DNA of 64,000 nt from the human T2T-CHM13v2.0 reference genome, Homo sapiens. The stretch is taken from the NCBI RefSeq assembly GCF_009914755.1, contig NC_060929.1. One strand, written 5' to 3'. The notes beneath the pieces were generated by a model. It had not been told where the DNA came from. It worked only from the letters and a program-made list of their open reading frames with translations, and did not search any database. The position numbers were made by a program, and so were the translations under genes. The stretch's first letter is position 1. Every line of letters starts with the position of its first letter. Shown here piece after piece: positions 41,205-57,775 of the stretch.

Positions 41205-41488
41205 GGCCGGGCGCGGTGGCTCACGCCTGTAATCCCAGCACTTTGGGAGGCCGAGGTGGGCGGATCACGAGGTCAGGAGATTGAGACCATCCTGGCTAAC
41301 ACGGTGAAACCCCGTCTCTACTAAAAATACAAAAAAATTAACCGGGCATTGTGGCGGGTGCCTGTAGTCACAGCTATTCGGGAAGCTGAGGCAGGAGACT
41401 GGCGTGAACCCAGGAGGCTGAGCTTGCAGTGAGCCGAGATCATCACGCCACTGCACTCCAGTCTGGGCTACAGCAAGACTCAGTCTCA

Positions 41489-41533
<45 letters not shown>
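41205..41533 (+). mobile_element. AluY with A19(TA)13 tail
   Basis: CpG-rich Alu with AluY diagnostics; tail 41488-41533. Confidence 0.95.
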
Positions 41534-41536
<3 letters not shown>

Positions 41537-41789
41537 TATTCAATTTGTGCCTATTATTAATATATATGTACTTTCACTCAGCACATACTTAAAATACCAT
41601 TAACTATAAACATTTGTAGCTTGCTAAGTAATCACAATGAGATAAAAACCAACCTGTTAAAAAATAAAAAAATTCCTAATAAGAAAACTCATATCAGGTC
41701 AAATTATTTCAGGAAACAGATGCCAAAAAAAAGTCTAATTTAAAATAATTTCATGAATGGTCTCTTCTATGTGAGTATAGACTGCGTTG

Positions 41790-42190
41790 AGAAAAACAGA
41801 GATGTAAGTCATTCTGAGGGTGGCAACGATGTGTTCACCCTTAAGCTAGAAAGGGAAGTAAGTGGAAAAAGTGTTACCAGGCCCAGAAGAGCTGGGGCCA
41901 TGGATGGGTGGCTGACTGTGGAGGCAGGGGGTGCAATGAGCATAGTTCCTGCCAGTAGCAGAGCAAAGCAGAAAGGCTATCCAGGGAAGAAGAAATACCC
42001 CACCCTCTTTCTCCTCCCACTCTCCAATCCCCTACCAGTATCTCTCATTGGTTCAACTCAACTAAAGATCTGAGAAAAAAAAGTACTTGATACACAGTCC
42101 ATAGAGGTCAGCCTTCCTGGGCCAAAAAGCAGGAGAGGGAAGGGCAAGATATATTTGGTAGAGACAAACCAAGAATAACCTGCAAAGCCA
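41790..42190. mobile_element. ancient LTR relic, family uncertain
   Basis: ctctcattggttcaactcaac...cagtccatagaggtcagccttcctggg motif recalled from old LTR consensus sequences. Confidence 0.45.
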
Positions 42191-43819
42191 CCAACCATTC
42201 ATTTTGTCTATAAGCTCTGCAAAAATTAGATTGACCAAAAGATCTTGTTCCCCCAATAAATCAAAAACATGTCTGTTAAGTGAAGACAGACTGAGATGTT
42301 CACACTGGGTTATATGTACCACTTTAGTGGAATTGAGCATTTGGTTTATTCAAAAAGGTAATTGGCTACCTGATTTCAAGGGATTTACTGGTTGTTTACT
42401 GGTACCTTTTTGGTGTTCCTGTAGATACTGTTACTCTCTCACATTTTCAAATGATATTATAAGGATTGCAATTCAGCCTTCCAAAGATCCATCTGGGCTC
42501 CCAGACATTGCTCCTGAAAATGCATTTTGCTTTGGAAATAGAACTTAAGAGTTAAAGGCCCCTAGACCACTGCAGCACATTTCATCAGCTTGGTAAGTGA
42601 CTCTCCTGTTTCCTATTGCTTGAATGGGCAGCCAGATTCATGTAGACACATTATGCCCTTCCCTGTGGCAGAGGTATGCTACTAAAGAGAGGAGAGAGAG
42701 AGAGAGACATAAAAAATGAAAGGTACTTAAGCAAGCAGGACTACTACTGCACTCTCTAAAAGAAAGATGGTTGCAGTGAACATGATGTCTGGAACTTAGG
42801 TTTGTCCAAATTAAAGTGGAACACAAAAATAAGAAGGAAAGAAATCTAATTTCCATTTAAAGTTGATATCAGTGGTAGTTGTACAATATTCTTTTGTCAT
42901 ACCTTCAGGTGATGGACCTGCAATGCTGCAGAGCTGTGGTAATTCAAAGGTAGCCAGGGGCAAGAGAAATATAAAACTCACATCTGCCAAAATAGATCTG
43001 AGCAGTGAGTTGGCCAGAGAAATGTGGGAGGAGAAATAGCAGGATGCAGTCTGAAGAAGTAATCAATTGCAATTAATGGTGCCTGCCTGCATAATAGGAA
43101 ACGGAGAGGAAAAGAAGATTTTGTATTTTCTTTTCTCTGAGAAGAGTTGTGGGAGGATGAAGCTTAACAGTGACTATTCAATCCTTTTTTATTCTTATGA
43201 AGTCAGAAAAACTATTTTGCCATTTATATTTCAAAAGAAAAATCGTGTCCTATTTGTATTTTCTCTAAGAATAAAATATAGACTTGTCCCTCTATCCTAC
43301 TACATAAGCTAATTATAGATTTTTTTAAAATTCAAAATCATGTTAATTCTGTTTATTTTTATTTCTGTGACAAGGATTTTGCCTCAGAGGGGTAGACAGA
43401 GCACTGGACTCAAAATAAATCATACTGATTTTATCTTGGTTTTTGTGATTATAAACCGGGCATCAGGCACCAGACATAGAACACTGATTCCTTCATCTTG
43501 GAAAAGTTTTACCCAAGAAGAGATGCTGAATTTATCTTAATATCAAAACTCCTTTTAGAAAATGAATCATCACCTCTGTGACAGAATCCAAAATATTGTC
43601 CTACTTTCTGTCTTTTACATTTGCCCACACAAACTTTTATGGATCTTAAATTCAGTTCCCCCGCTCTAACCTCTGACTGCATTCCTCTGGGAGGAATAGG
43701 TCTAATTCCTATTCCTAGTTCCTGGGACATAGTCCCTGGGAGATTTAGGTCTAATCCTTTGAGGAATACAGACAATTATAGTTCCATATTAGGCTATGAG
43801 AGTGTTAAATATGCTAAAG

Positions 43820-44915
43820 TAAATAAAATGATACAAACCATAAAAGAAAAAATGAATCAATTAGATCTTATCAAAATTTGACATTTTTCTCTTTCAAAGA
43901 CATTATTAAGAATGAAAAGACAAGATACGGAATGGTAAAAATAATTGAAATACATTACCTGACAACACAGTTTTATTCAGAATATATAAAGTGCTCTTAC
44001 AAATCAATGATAATAAAAATAATCTAATAAAAATTAGCAAAAGATTTTAGTATACTTCACAAAAGACAATATATGCATTGCCAAAAATCACCTAAAAAAG
44101 TGCTCAGCATCATTAGCCATCAATATATTGCATGTGAACATGATGTCTGGAACTTATTTTGCACTAGTCATCTAGTTAACACCACAATGAGATACAACTT
44201 TACACTCACTAGAATGTCTATAATAAGGACAGAAAATAAAAAGTGTTGATGAGGATGTGGAGCAACTGAAACTCTTATACACTGCTTATGGGATTATAAA
44301 ATATAACAGCTCTGAAAAAAAGTTATCAGTTTCTTAAAAAGTTAAATATAATCCTACTATAAGTGTCAGCCATTCCACTTCTAGCTATCTATCCCAAGAA
44401 AAATAAAAGCACACAAGGACATGTACGTGAAGGTTCACTGAAGCTTTATTCAGAATAGCCAAATACTGGAAACAACTCAAATGTTCATCAGTAGGTGAAA
44501 AATGGAGAGACGAAATGTGGCATACCCGTAAAATGAAATACTACTCATCTATAAAAACAGAAAAATTTATCGATACACCTAACGAAATGGGTGAACTCAA
44601 AATCATTATTGAGTTAAAAAAAAACCATGTACAAAAGAGCACATAGTGTATTATTCTATTTACATAAAATTATTAAATATGCAAACTAACTACAGTGACA
44701 AAAAGCAGATTGATGGTTGCCTGAGAAGAATGCAGGATGGAGTGGACTGCAAAGGTGTATATGAGGATCCTTTGGGGATGATGGAAATGTTGTGTTTTGA
44801 TCAAGGTAGTGGTTTCACAAGTGTGTATATCTGTCACGACTCAATGAATGGTACACTACAGATGTATGCAAAACATTTGAAGTGAATTATACTTCAGCCA
44901 AGTTGATTTAAAATA
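43820..44915 (+). mobile_element. old L1MC/MD-like ORF2 end and 3' UTR
   Basis: accacaatgagatac...gaggatgtggagcaactgaaactc...ctggaaacaactcaaatg. Confidence 0.8.
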
Positions 44916-45384
44916 ATAAAATAAGTAAAGTGCTGAGCTCTGAGCTTGGCTCAAAGTGAAATATCAAAGGAATATTATCCTTCTTATTGTTTCTGCTGTA
45001 GTAATTATTATTATCACTATACCATTGACATCTGACTCTGCCCCATCCACATTTGTAGCTTCTTTCCATTCTGCTTTGTGCTCAATGGGTAAGACAGTAT
45101 TAGGCCAAAGGTAGCCCTTCCTGAATTACTTAATAAAACTCTTTTTTCCTAAAAGGGTAAGTGGGAGGATCAAATGATGACATCTTACATGTGGAGGTAA
45201 ACTATAAATACTCGGTTTGGTAGTTTTATTATTATTTGTTTACTCAGCTGATAGTCCCTGAGAAAGCCAGCTCTGTTTCTGATGAAGGAAAAATAAGTGG
45301 ACCAAAACCCCACAAATTTCAAGTTTTCTCTCTGCCCTTCTCATGGTTCCATCTACCAGTTGCAACTTGGAATTAGCAAATCTG

Positions 45385-45600
45385 ATGGACATTGAGTGGG
45401 CTTGGATTCGAAGCTTGGTTCTACCACTCATCAGTTGTGTGAACTTCAAGGTACTTAACATCTTTTAGACTCAGTTTGTCATCTATACAATGGGCAGAAT
45501 AGTAATGCCTGATACAGTGGTTGTGAGAATTTTAAAATATACATATATATTGCATAACACCTTTGATTGAGTAAACTCACAGCAGATGGTAGTTGTTCCT
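45385..45600 (+). mobile_element. MIR SINE relic
   Basis: gttgtgtgaacttcaaggtacttaac...ctcagtttgtcatctatacaatggg. Confidence 0.75.
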
Positions 45601-46270
45601 GTATTTTCCCCAATGGTCAGGTATTATGTGTATTTGTTTAGCCACAGTGAGAAGCCAACCCTGGAGCTATGGATCCATTTATAGTGTGTGACACAACGTT
45701 GAGGTCTTCTTTTTGCATCTGTACTTTCTCACTTTGTGCTTGAGACATTGCATGCTAAAGGTCAGAGTGGAAAAAGGTCATACTCTATATTCACCATTCA
45801 CTCCTCTCACTGCAGGTAATTTCCTCTGTCCATGTGCTGTTAATGATGTGATTATCAGTTCTGGTGGCCAATCATATGACCTAATCATATCATGGAATCA
45901 CACTCAATTCATCTCTGTCAACAGCTCCAGATGGCATCTGAACACTCATTGGTAATAAACAGGGAGAGGTTATTAAAAATAAAAAAAGACTTCCCTAATC
46001 AACTTGGATAATTACCTCAAAAATAATAATAATTCTGAATCCTCTCCATAACCCATATGGAAAACTCTAAGATTACGAAGAAAAGAGATGCTAATTAGCT
46101 ATTTTCACTTTACCTAAAAAGAACAGGACCAAAGGCATTCAGTCAGGAAACTAAAATCATGTCTTCAAAAGCAAGTTTGATTAAGGAAAAAGTGAGACAA
46201 GCATTCAAGGGCTTGCTGCAAAGAAGCAAGAACTCAAGCAAATGTTAAGGTAGAAAATGGGCCAAGGCAA

Positions 46271-49795
<3,525 letters not shown>

Positions 49796-49797
49796 CC

Positions 49798-51188
49798 ATG
49801 TTGAGCACCTTTTCATATATCTGTTTGTCATTTGTATGCTTTATTTTGAGAAATTTCTGTTTATTTATTAATTGGATTATTAGATTTTTTTCCCATAGAG
49901 TTGTTTGAGCTCCTTCTCTATTATGGTTATTAGCCCTTTGTCAAATGGATAGTTTACAAATATTTTCTCTCATTCTATGGGTTGTTTGTACACTTTGTTA
50001 ATTTCTTTGTTGTGAAAAACCTTTTTAACTAGATGTGATCCCATTTATCCATATTTGCTTTGTTTGCTTATGCTTGTGGAGTATTACTCAGAAAATTTTT
50101 GCCAAATTTAATGTCCTGGAGAGATTCCCCAATATTTCCTTTTGGTAGTTTCATAGTTTGAGGTCTTAGGCTTAAGTCTTTGATACATTTTGATTTGATT
50201 TTTGTATGTGGTGAGAGATAGGGGCCTAGTTTCATTCTTCTGCATATGGAAATCCAGTTTTCCTAGAACCATTTATTGAAGAGACTATCCTCTCCCTAAT
50301 GTGTATTCTTGGGACTTTGTCAAAAACGAGTTCACTGCAGGTATATGGATTGGCTTCTGGGTTCTCTATGCTGTTGTGTTGGCCTATGAGTCTGTTTTTA
50401 TGGCAGTACTATGCTATTTTGTTTACTATGGCTCTGTATTATAATTTGAAGTCAGGTAACATAATTCCTCTAGTTTTGTTCTTTTGCTCAGGATAGCTGT
50501 GACTATTCTGGGTCTTTTGTGGTTCCATATATATTTTAGGATTGTTTTTTCTATTTATGTGAAGAATGTTATTGACATTTTGATAAGAATTGCATTGAAA
50601 CTGTAGATTGCTTTCAGTAATATGGATGTTTTAACACTATTGATTCTCCCAATCTGTGAACATGGAATATCTTTCCATTTTTTAATGTCCTCTATAATGT
50701 CTTTTTTCAATGTTTTATAATTTTCATCGTAGAGATCTTTCACTTCTTTGGTTAAGTTAATTCCTAGGTATTTTATTTTACTTGCTGCTGTTGTAAAGAA
50801 CATTATTTTCTTGGTTTCTTTTTCAGACGGTTTCCTGTTGGCATATAAAAATGCTACTGATTTTTGTATGTTGATTTTGTATCCTGCAACTTTACCAAAT
50901 TTGTTTTATCAGTTGTAATAGTTTTTTTGTGGAGTCATTAGGTTTTTCCAAAAATAAGATTATATCATCTGCAAACAAGAATAATTTGACTTCTTCCTGT
51001 ACAGCGGATGTCCTTTATTTCTTTCTCTTGTCTGATTGCTCTAGTTGAGACTTGCAGTACTTGTTGAATGGCACTGGTGAAAGTGGTCATCCTTGTCATG
51101 TTCCAGATCTTAGAGGAAAGGCTTTCAGTTTTTTTCCCATTCAGTATGATACTAGCTGTGGGTCTGTCATATATGACTTTTATTGTGT
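49798..51188 (-). mobile_element. L1MA2/3-like internal ORF2 fragment lacking its 3' end
   Basis: Minus-strand translation KIKYLGINLTKEVKDLYDENYKTL; starts abruptly at the L1PA2 poly(A). Confidence 0.88.
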
Positions 51189-51468
51189 AAGAACTAATTA
51201 ATTTTTACATTTTAAGGGGTATTCGGTGCTACAATTAAAATGAAAAACCCACAAATACCTTTGCATGTGTAACTTTGGAGGGGACAATTTTGCTGTTTTT
51301 CTACTCTGATTTACATCCGCTCGGAATAACTGAAATAACTCCTGCTGTGTGTGATCTTGCCTTTGTTGGGAGGCTTCAACTTAAACACTCAACCTGCCTA
51401 ACACTTCACAGAGGGAAACTGTAACAGGATCAAAATACACTGGTTAGGGCCCCCACATACATGACTAG

Positions 51469-52053
51469 TGTGATGGTTAATATTAAGTGTCAACTTGATT
51501 GGACTGAAGGATGCAAAGTATTATTTCTGGGTGTATCTGGGTGTTTCTGGGTGTTGCCAGAAGAGACTAACATTTGAGTCAGCAGACTGGGAGAGGAAGA
51601 CCCACCCTCAGGAAGACCCAGCCACATGGTGGATGGGCACCATTCAGTTGGCTGCCAGTGTAGCTAGAAAAAGCAGGCAGAAGAAGGTGGAAGAAAGAAA
51701 CTGACTTGCTTAGTCTTCCAGCCTTCATCTTTCTCACATGCTGGATGCTTCCTCCTCTCAAACATCAGATTCCAAGTTCTTCATATTTTGGGCTCTTGAA
51801 CTTACACCAGTGATTTGCAAGGGGATGTCAGGCCTTCAGCCACAGACTGAAGGCTGCACTGTTAGCTTCCCTACTTTTGAGGTTTTGGGATTTGGACTGA
51901 GCCAGTACTGTCTTCCTTGCTCCTCAGCTTGGAGATGGCCTATTGTGGGACTTCACCTTGTGATCGTGTGAGTCGATTCTCTTTAGCAAACTCCCTCTCA
52001 TGTATACATATATCCTATTAGTTCTGCCTCTCTAGAGAACCCTGCCTAATACA
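51469..52053 (+). mobile_element. MLT2A-like (ERVL) solo LTR
   Basis: tgtgatggttaatattaagtgtcaacttgattgg ... ctagagaaccctgcctaataca. Confidence 0.92.
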
Positions 52054-52300
52054 CTTAGGTAAGCCATCCTCAGCCTGCTGCCATCTGGGTGCTGACAGAA
52101 TGCACTGAGTGTGATTTTGGAATGTGTTTCTGTAATCCACTTTCTGAATTGGGAACACACTAATCTCTGCTGCTGAAGATACATGTGAAAAATTCTAGTG
52201 TCCTTGTTTTCTGATCTATGATATCTTTGTTTGCCTCCTTGAATTAGCAACGTCATATTAGTTCATCATTGTTCTCTCTAGTCTTAATTTGTGGCTTTAT

Positions 52301-52525
52301 GATAATAATTATTATTTTAGAGATAGGGTCTCACTCTGTTGTCCAGGCTGGAGTGCAGTGGCACAATCACAGATTATTATAACATCAAACTCCTGGACTC
52401 AAGGGATCTTTCTGCCTCAGCTTCCTAAGTAGCTAGGACTGCAGGCATGCCCTACCAGGCCCGGCTAATGTTGTTTTTGTTTTGTTTTGTTTTGTTTTTA
52501 ATTATTTTTTTCTATAGAGATGGGA
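52301..52525 (-). mobile_element. 5'-truncated AluJ (right arm and linker)
   Basis: TSD aatttgtggctttat (52286) / aatttgtggtttcat (52526). Confidence 0.88.
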
Positions 52526-52749
52526 AATTTGTGGTTTCATTGAAACCAGCTCACATAGTGTTTGAGATTTGATTAAATGAATTGAATTTTAGTGTGTACA
52601 TTAAAGTAAGTCTTGCTTCCTTTACTCTTGTGACCAAAACTGCTATATGCATAAATAGAACTTTCTCAAAGAGGATTTCCACTACAGTTACTTTCTTTCT
52701 ACTTCACTTCTTTTTTCCTAAGTGCTTTTTAGGTAAGGATTGAATAGCT

Positions 52750-53185
52750 CTTCACTCATTCACTTATTTACCCATTCACTTCATTCATTCATTCAGTATA
52801 TTTTAAAGGACATCCCACCGTGGTCTATGTGTTGTATTAGACCCTAGAAATATAATTTTGATTAAGACTCACAATCTTTCACCTTATAAGACCAATATTC
52901 AGTGGGGGATAAGAAAAATCCCAAAGACACTAGCAAGTTAAATCATTATAATTAGTGGTAAGTTGTATAAAAAAACCAAACGAGGTGATAAGATATGAAT
53001 AAAGGAGTGTTTCTATTTAAGTGTGGTGATTAGAAAGACTTTCTTGAGGAGGTAAAGTGCTGAAACCTAAACCATGAGAGGAGCTAGACAGTGTAGATGA
53101 AGCACACCCCAGGCTGAGGTCAAAGAATGTGAAAAAATATTACCTGAAAAATAACGGTGTTTTTGCAGAACTAGAAAGGACAAGG
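52750..53185 (-). mobile_element. L2 LINE relic
   Basis: (TTCA)n tail followed by L2 body. Confidence 0.65.
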
Positions 53186-54269
53186 CCCTGGCATCATGAG
53201 TCTATCAGTCCACCTTTCTCAAAAGCTGGTGAGTACTTTAAAGGCCAGGCTGGTACCTGTGTGCACCATCTTTCCTTCTGCAGCTAGGGCAAGTGTTGAT
53301 GAGCAATGAGACCTCTATTACTTTACTTGAAAAATTGAAGAATTTAAGGAATGCCAATCTGGATCTTTATAAACTTCACACATGTGGTGGCATTGCTTAA
53401 AAACATTGATAAACTACTTTCCTCTTAGCACTGACATCTCCAAGGTATTTCAGTGGGCCATGTGAAATGATCGTTTCTTTAGTTTAGGGAAATGATTCAT
53501 TTCACCTTCCCTGGAATCTTTCAAATGTGTTCTTGCCTCTATGAGTTGGGGGCAAAGTTCTCTTTCTAGGAATGCCCAAGCTCCTATGCTCCTATATTTT
53601 TCAAACTTCAGCCATGCACATTCAACTTTCATAACTATGCCATATCTGGATTATACACATATTGTTATTTAACATATGTCTACTTATATGTTAGACTATT
53701 TGCCTCACTTAAATAAAACTAATAAAACTTAAATGCCTACTAGAGCCATATGCTAGGCAATAACATTTATAAGATCATATCGTATCCAATATTCCACATA
53801 TATTTTTAATATACATTAAAATAAACATGTAACTTTTTTTATACTGATCATCTGTGTCTTAACCTAAAATTATATCCTCTACCACCAAGGTTACCTATTA
53901 AAACAATATCCTAAGGACCTGGGGATTTTCAGAGTGTTGCAGATTGTTTTCTTGTTATTTGTGTTAGTCTGGGGCAGAGAGAAGAATGCTTAAAGGGACC
54001 AGGCAGAATGGCAGGCAGAAGCATTTAATGCCCAAGAATCAGTAATAGGCTAATTGTGGCTTCATTGTATTGGCCCCAGTGCTCAAACTGGTTAGATGGG
54101 ACCTTTGAAATTGATACCTTATAAGAGTACTTCTTTACCATTATTGGGGTCCCAGACCTCTTTTAGGAAGCTCTTGAAAACTGTACTTTCTCAGTACATG
54201 TAGCACATATATTAGCACATACTTGCAAGAGGCTTACACAAAACAACAACAACAAAAATATAAAAAATC

Positions 54270-54525
54270 CTGCTAATAATTGGCATTTATTAAGGGCTTA
54301 CTGTGTTCTGGATCCTTTGCCTGATAACTCATGTGCATTATGTCTTTTAATTCTTTTCACAATCTTATGTGGTATGTGCTATTGTTAACACTATTTTATA
54401 GAAAGAGAAAAAGAAGAGATAAAGACAGGTTCAGTAATTTGCTGAAGTTCAAACTACTAGAAAGTTATACAGGCTAATTTTGGGCTCTAGTAGTTTGACC
54501 AACTCTGTTAACCATACTACTATAG
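54270..54525 (-). mobile_element. MIR SINE relic
   Basis: catttattaagggcttactgtgttctgg...cacaatcttatgtggta. Confidence 0.7.
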
Positions 54526-55959
54526 TCTCCTTTTTCAGTATTACTCATGTCTAATCCTGATAAGGAGTGAATAGCACATCCATTTGGTGAAGGAATGTGT
54601 TACAAGAAACTTGGATGATTGACAATAGCACCAGATGTTAATGCTATGGATTCTTCTTCCAAGAATGGAAACTATCTATTCTGAGATACACAGGGAATAA
54701 AGATAGATGTGAAGAGTCCAGGTGGTAATTAACACTCTCCCCACTACTTCTTTACCCAGACTTGCTCAGTTTCTGTTTTCTTAGATGAGGTTAAAAAAAA
54801 TAGAATAAATCCTCCTTCATTCTGGTTGCAACATATTCTAATTTTAAGGGATCACAGGTTAATTAAATTGATTTAAAAACAACTTTTGGGTACTACCTCA
54901 ATTAACCTTCCAGGTTTCTTCTCATTCTGCTCCCATTCAGCACTGTCAGTCTGCCAGGGCAAGGGGTTAGCACTCCTCACCTCCTCAGGTAGGAGGGGAG
55001 GGTGGGAAGTAGTATTTGCTCCTCAGTTTGATTAGTGGAGCTCATTAGCTGTCACATATAAGGCACTAGAGGTCCATCAGATGAGAACAGCAACACCAGT
55101 GACATTTATTACATGGCCATTGTTCACAGGCTGCTTAGAAACCAATTTCCATTCTTACAGATTCTGTCCCGAAAACAGGAGTTCTCCAGGATTCATAAGC
55201 AAGCCTGATCAAAATTCTGAGCAAAGAAAAGAAAAAGGAAAAAAAAAAAAAAGGCCGTAAGATAACCAAAGCACAAAACCAGCCCTGAACACTTAAAGCA
55301 GAACTAAAGGAGTCAAGTCGTCAGTTGCTTTTCTTTTTGTTAGCTGAGCCTGGGTGTTGTTTACACAGTTTCAGGAGACTTGCTGTTCTTGTGTTTTCCT
55401 GCGATTTCACAAAGTGAATGGGTATCAAAGCTGTTTGGTTGATGGTCCTAACACAGTGGAAACCGACATTGGTTTTCTGAATTGATCACCATATGCTTAT
55501 CTGTCTGTTTACCTTGCCTGTCCTAAAATGCTTCCGGACAACTGACTTGAAAGAGGACTTGGCCAGACCACACAGTGGGCAGATGTTTCATTTGCAAAAA
55601 GATCTCAGTGCAATGAGCCAGGAAATCCTCTGAAAGCATTTCTGCCTTTTAGCAGTGTGGGAAGGCACTTATTTTTTAAAACTTATAAATAAATATCAGC
55701 AAATGGCCCTTTTTCTAAATGATATATGGTTTATACAAAGAAATGGATGCTGAATGAATTCAAATTTTTTATAGAGCAAACTATAGTAGTGCAATCCTTT
55801 AAACATTGTGTTGATTTCTCATTTGCCCCCAGTGTAGCTGACTTAGTTTCCTTATGTACAATATGAGTGTATTGCACGGTATTTGTAGTCTTTTCTGGCT
55901 TGAAATTATTTACCTTTACGATTATGGGTAGTTTCGGACCCACCTTTTTTCTATTATTT

Positions 55960-56150
55960 TGCGTAACACTCACTCCAACCCTATGAGCTAGGTATTATTA
56001 TTTCTCCCATTTACAGAGGCATCCACTGAGGTACACTGATGTGAAGTCACTTACTTGCCCAAGGGTACACGGTTAAGTGCTGAAGGCAAGGGGTGAACTC
56101 CAGTGGGAGATGTCAGATCCTGCTGGTTTATGCATTCTGCTGCTTCCCAG
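55960..56150 (-). mobile_element. MIR SINE relic
   Basis: aaccctatgagctaggtattattatttctcccatttacaga. Confidence 0.7.
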
Positions 56151-56519
56151 ATCCTCTTTACCTCTAACAATCTATGATTCAAACCTGCAAATCTTTGAGG
56201 CAATAAATTGCCAGTTTTCTTTAAATTACTTTAACTTTTGTTTTGCCTGAGGGGTTTTTAACCAAAAACAAAATTCACAATTTATTCCCTGGTCTCCTCC
56301 ATTCACTTCTGTCTACATAGGCGGTGGCAGTGGCACAAATCCTTAGGATCTCAGGACCACCCACTACACCTGGTTTCTTCTTATATCTCTGAAGAGCAGA
56401 GAACTGAACCAGGAACTAATAGGCATTACTGCATTACTTGTAAAGATTTCAAGGAAGTATTTTTAGCTTGGAGGAAAGGTGAGTCAAGAAGTAAAATTTC
56501 CTGATAAATATACCTCATA

Positions 56520-56670
56520 GCAGAGGTTTTCAAACTTGGGAAGGTGTTAGACTCGCATGAGGAGTTGTTAAGCCCATGTTCACAGTCCCTCTCATGGAGA
56601 CTGATTCAATGTGGGGCTCAGCCACATGAATTTTTATTATGCTTTGAAGGTGATTCTCATGCAACTAGAT
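56520..56670. mobile_element. MER5-like hAT-Charlie relic
   Basis: cagaggttttcaaactt...ctgattcaatgtgggg...aggtgattctcatgca. Confidence 0.6.
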
Positions 56671-56799
56671 AAGGTTAAAGAAAAGCTGTCCCAGAGACTC
56701 TCTGGAAGGTAACAGCAGAAGAGACAGTTGTTCTGAAAACATTTCCATGGTGTTGTCAAAGTCCTCCCATAAATTCTTACATTCCTAAGTTTAAATTCA

Positions 56800-57775
56800 A
56801 GGCTGATGTACCCATATTCCTTCTTACCTTCTTTCTCTACTTGGCTATCTCCTAGTTATCTTATATTTAACAGCCAAATATAGAACGTTTTATTTTTTCC
56901 CCTGAATGTTTTCCTCCTTCACATGTTCCCCATTCCAATAAATAGCATTGCCAACCACTTGGTTATTAAAATAGTAAATCAGGGCGTCATTCTTGTCTAC
57001 TCTCTTCCTGCTCATACTTTCGCTTTCCTACTTTCCATCCCTTCCTCTAACTTCTAATCTATTAGCAAAACCCTTTTGTTCTACCTCCAAAATATCTTTT
57101 TTTCTTTTATTTTGTTTTTTCTTTCTTTTCTCCATTGCCGCTACCATCATCTTAGTTCAAGCCAACACCAAATCTCACCTGAATTTCTGAAGTAGTCTTC
57201 TCGCTGCTTCTGATTTGACCTCGCCAATTGATCTTCCACAGAGCAGCCAGTGATTTTTAAAATGTATTCATCACGTCTCACTTGAAACACTCTAATGGCC
57301 TTTTATTGCAAATGGAATAAAATTCACACTTCTTATCATGCTCTGCAAGTTCACACCTGGCTACATCCTGCCTAGCTCCAGACACATCAGCTTTCTGGGA
57401 GTGTGTAGGTTGAGCTTTCCCCCTGCCCGGGGCTGTTGTGCTCACAGTCATCTGCCTACAAGGTTTTCCTTCTGAATCACTCCTTCTGTTCCTCTAGATC
57501 ACAGTTAAATTGTTACCACATGAGAGAGGCAGCCCCTGACTTCTCTAGACACCCCCTACCTCATTTGTCTCATCCACAAAGCTATTTGTATTTCCCTCAT
57601 AGCGTGTATCACTATTAAAATGATTTATTTGTTAATTTCCTGCTTCTCCTAATAGAATGTAAGCTCCCTGGAGTTAGCAACTTCATCTGCCTTGGTCTGC
57701 TTTGTACCTCAATGCCTAGCTACACACCTTGGCACTTAACAAAGACCTCATAAATATCTGTTGCATTTAAATCAG
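56800..57775 (+). mobile_element. L2 LINE 3' relic (~1 kb)
   Basis: caagccaacaccaaatctcacctg...tagaatgtaagctcc...taaatatctgttg. Confidence 0.75.

Noticed and set aside
51526-51620. Short internal duplications in the MLT2A LTR (ctgggtgt three times, ggaagaccca twice)
   Set aside because: Probably features of the MLT2A subfamily or simple slippage; cannot be shown to be locus-specific.
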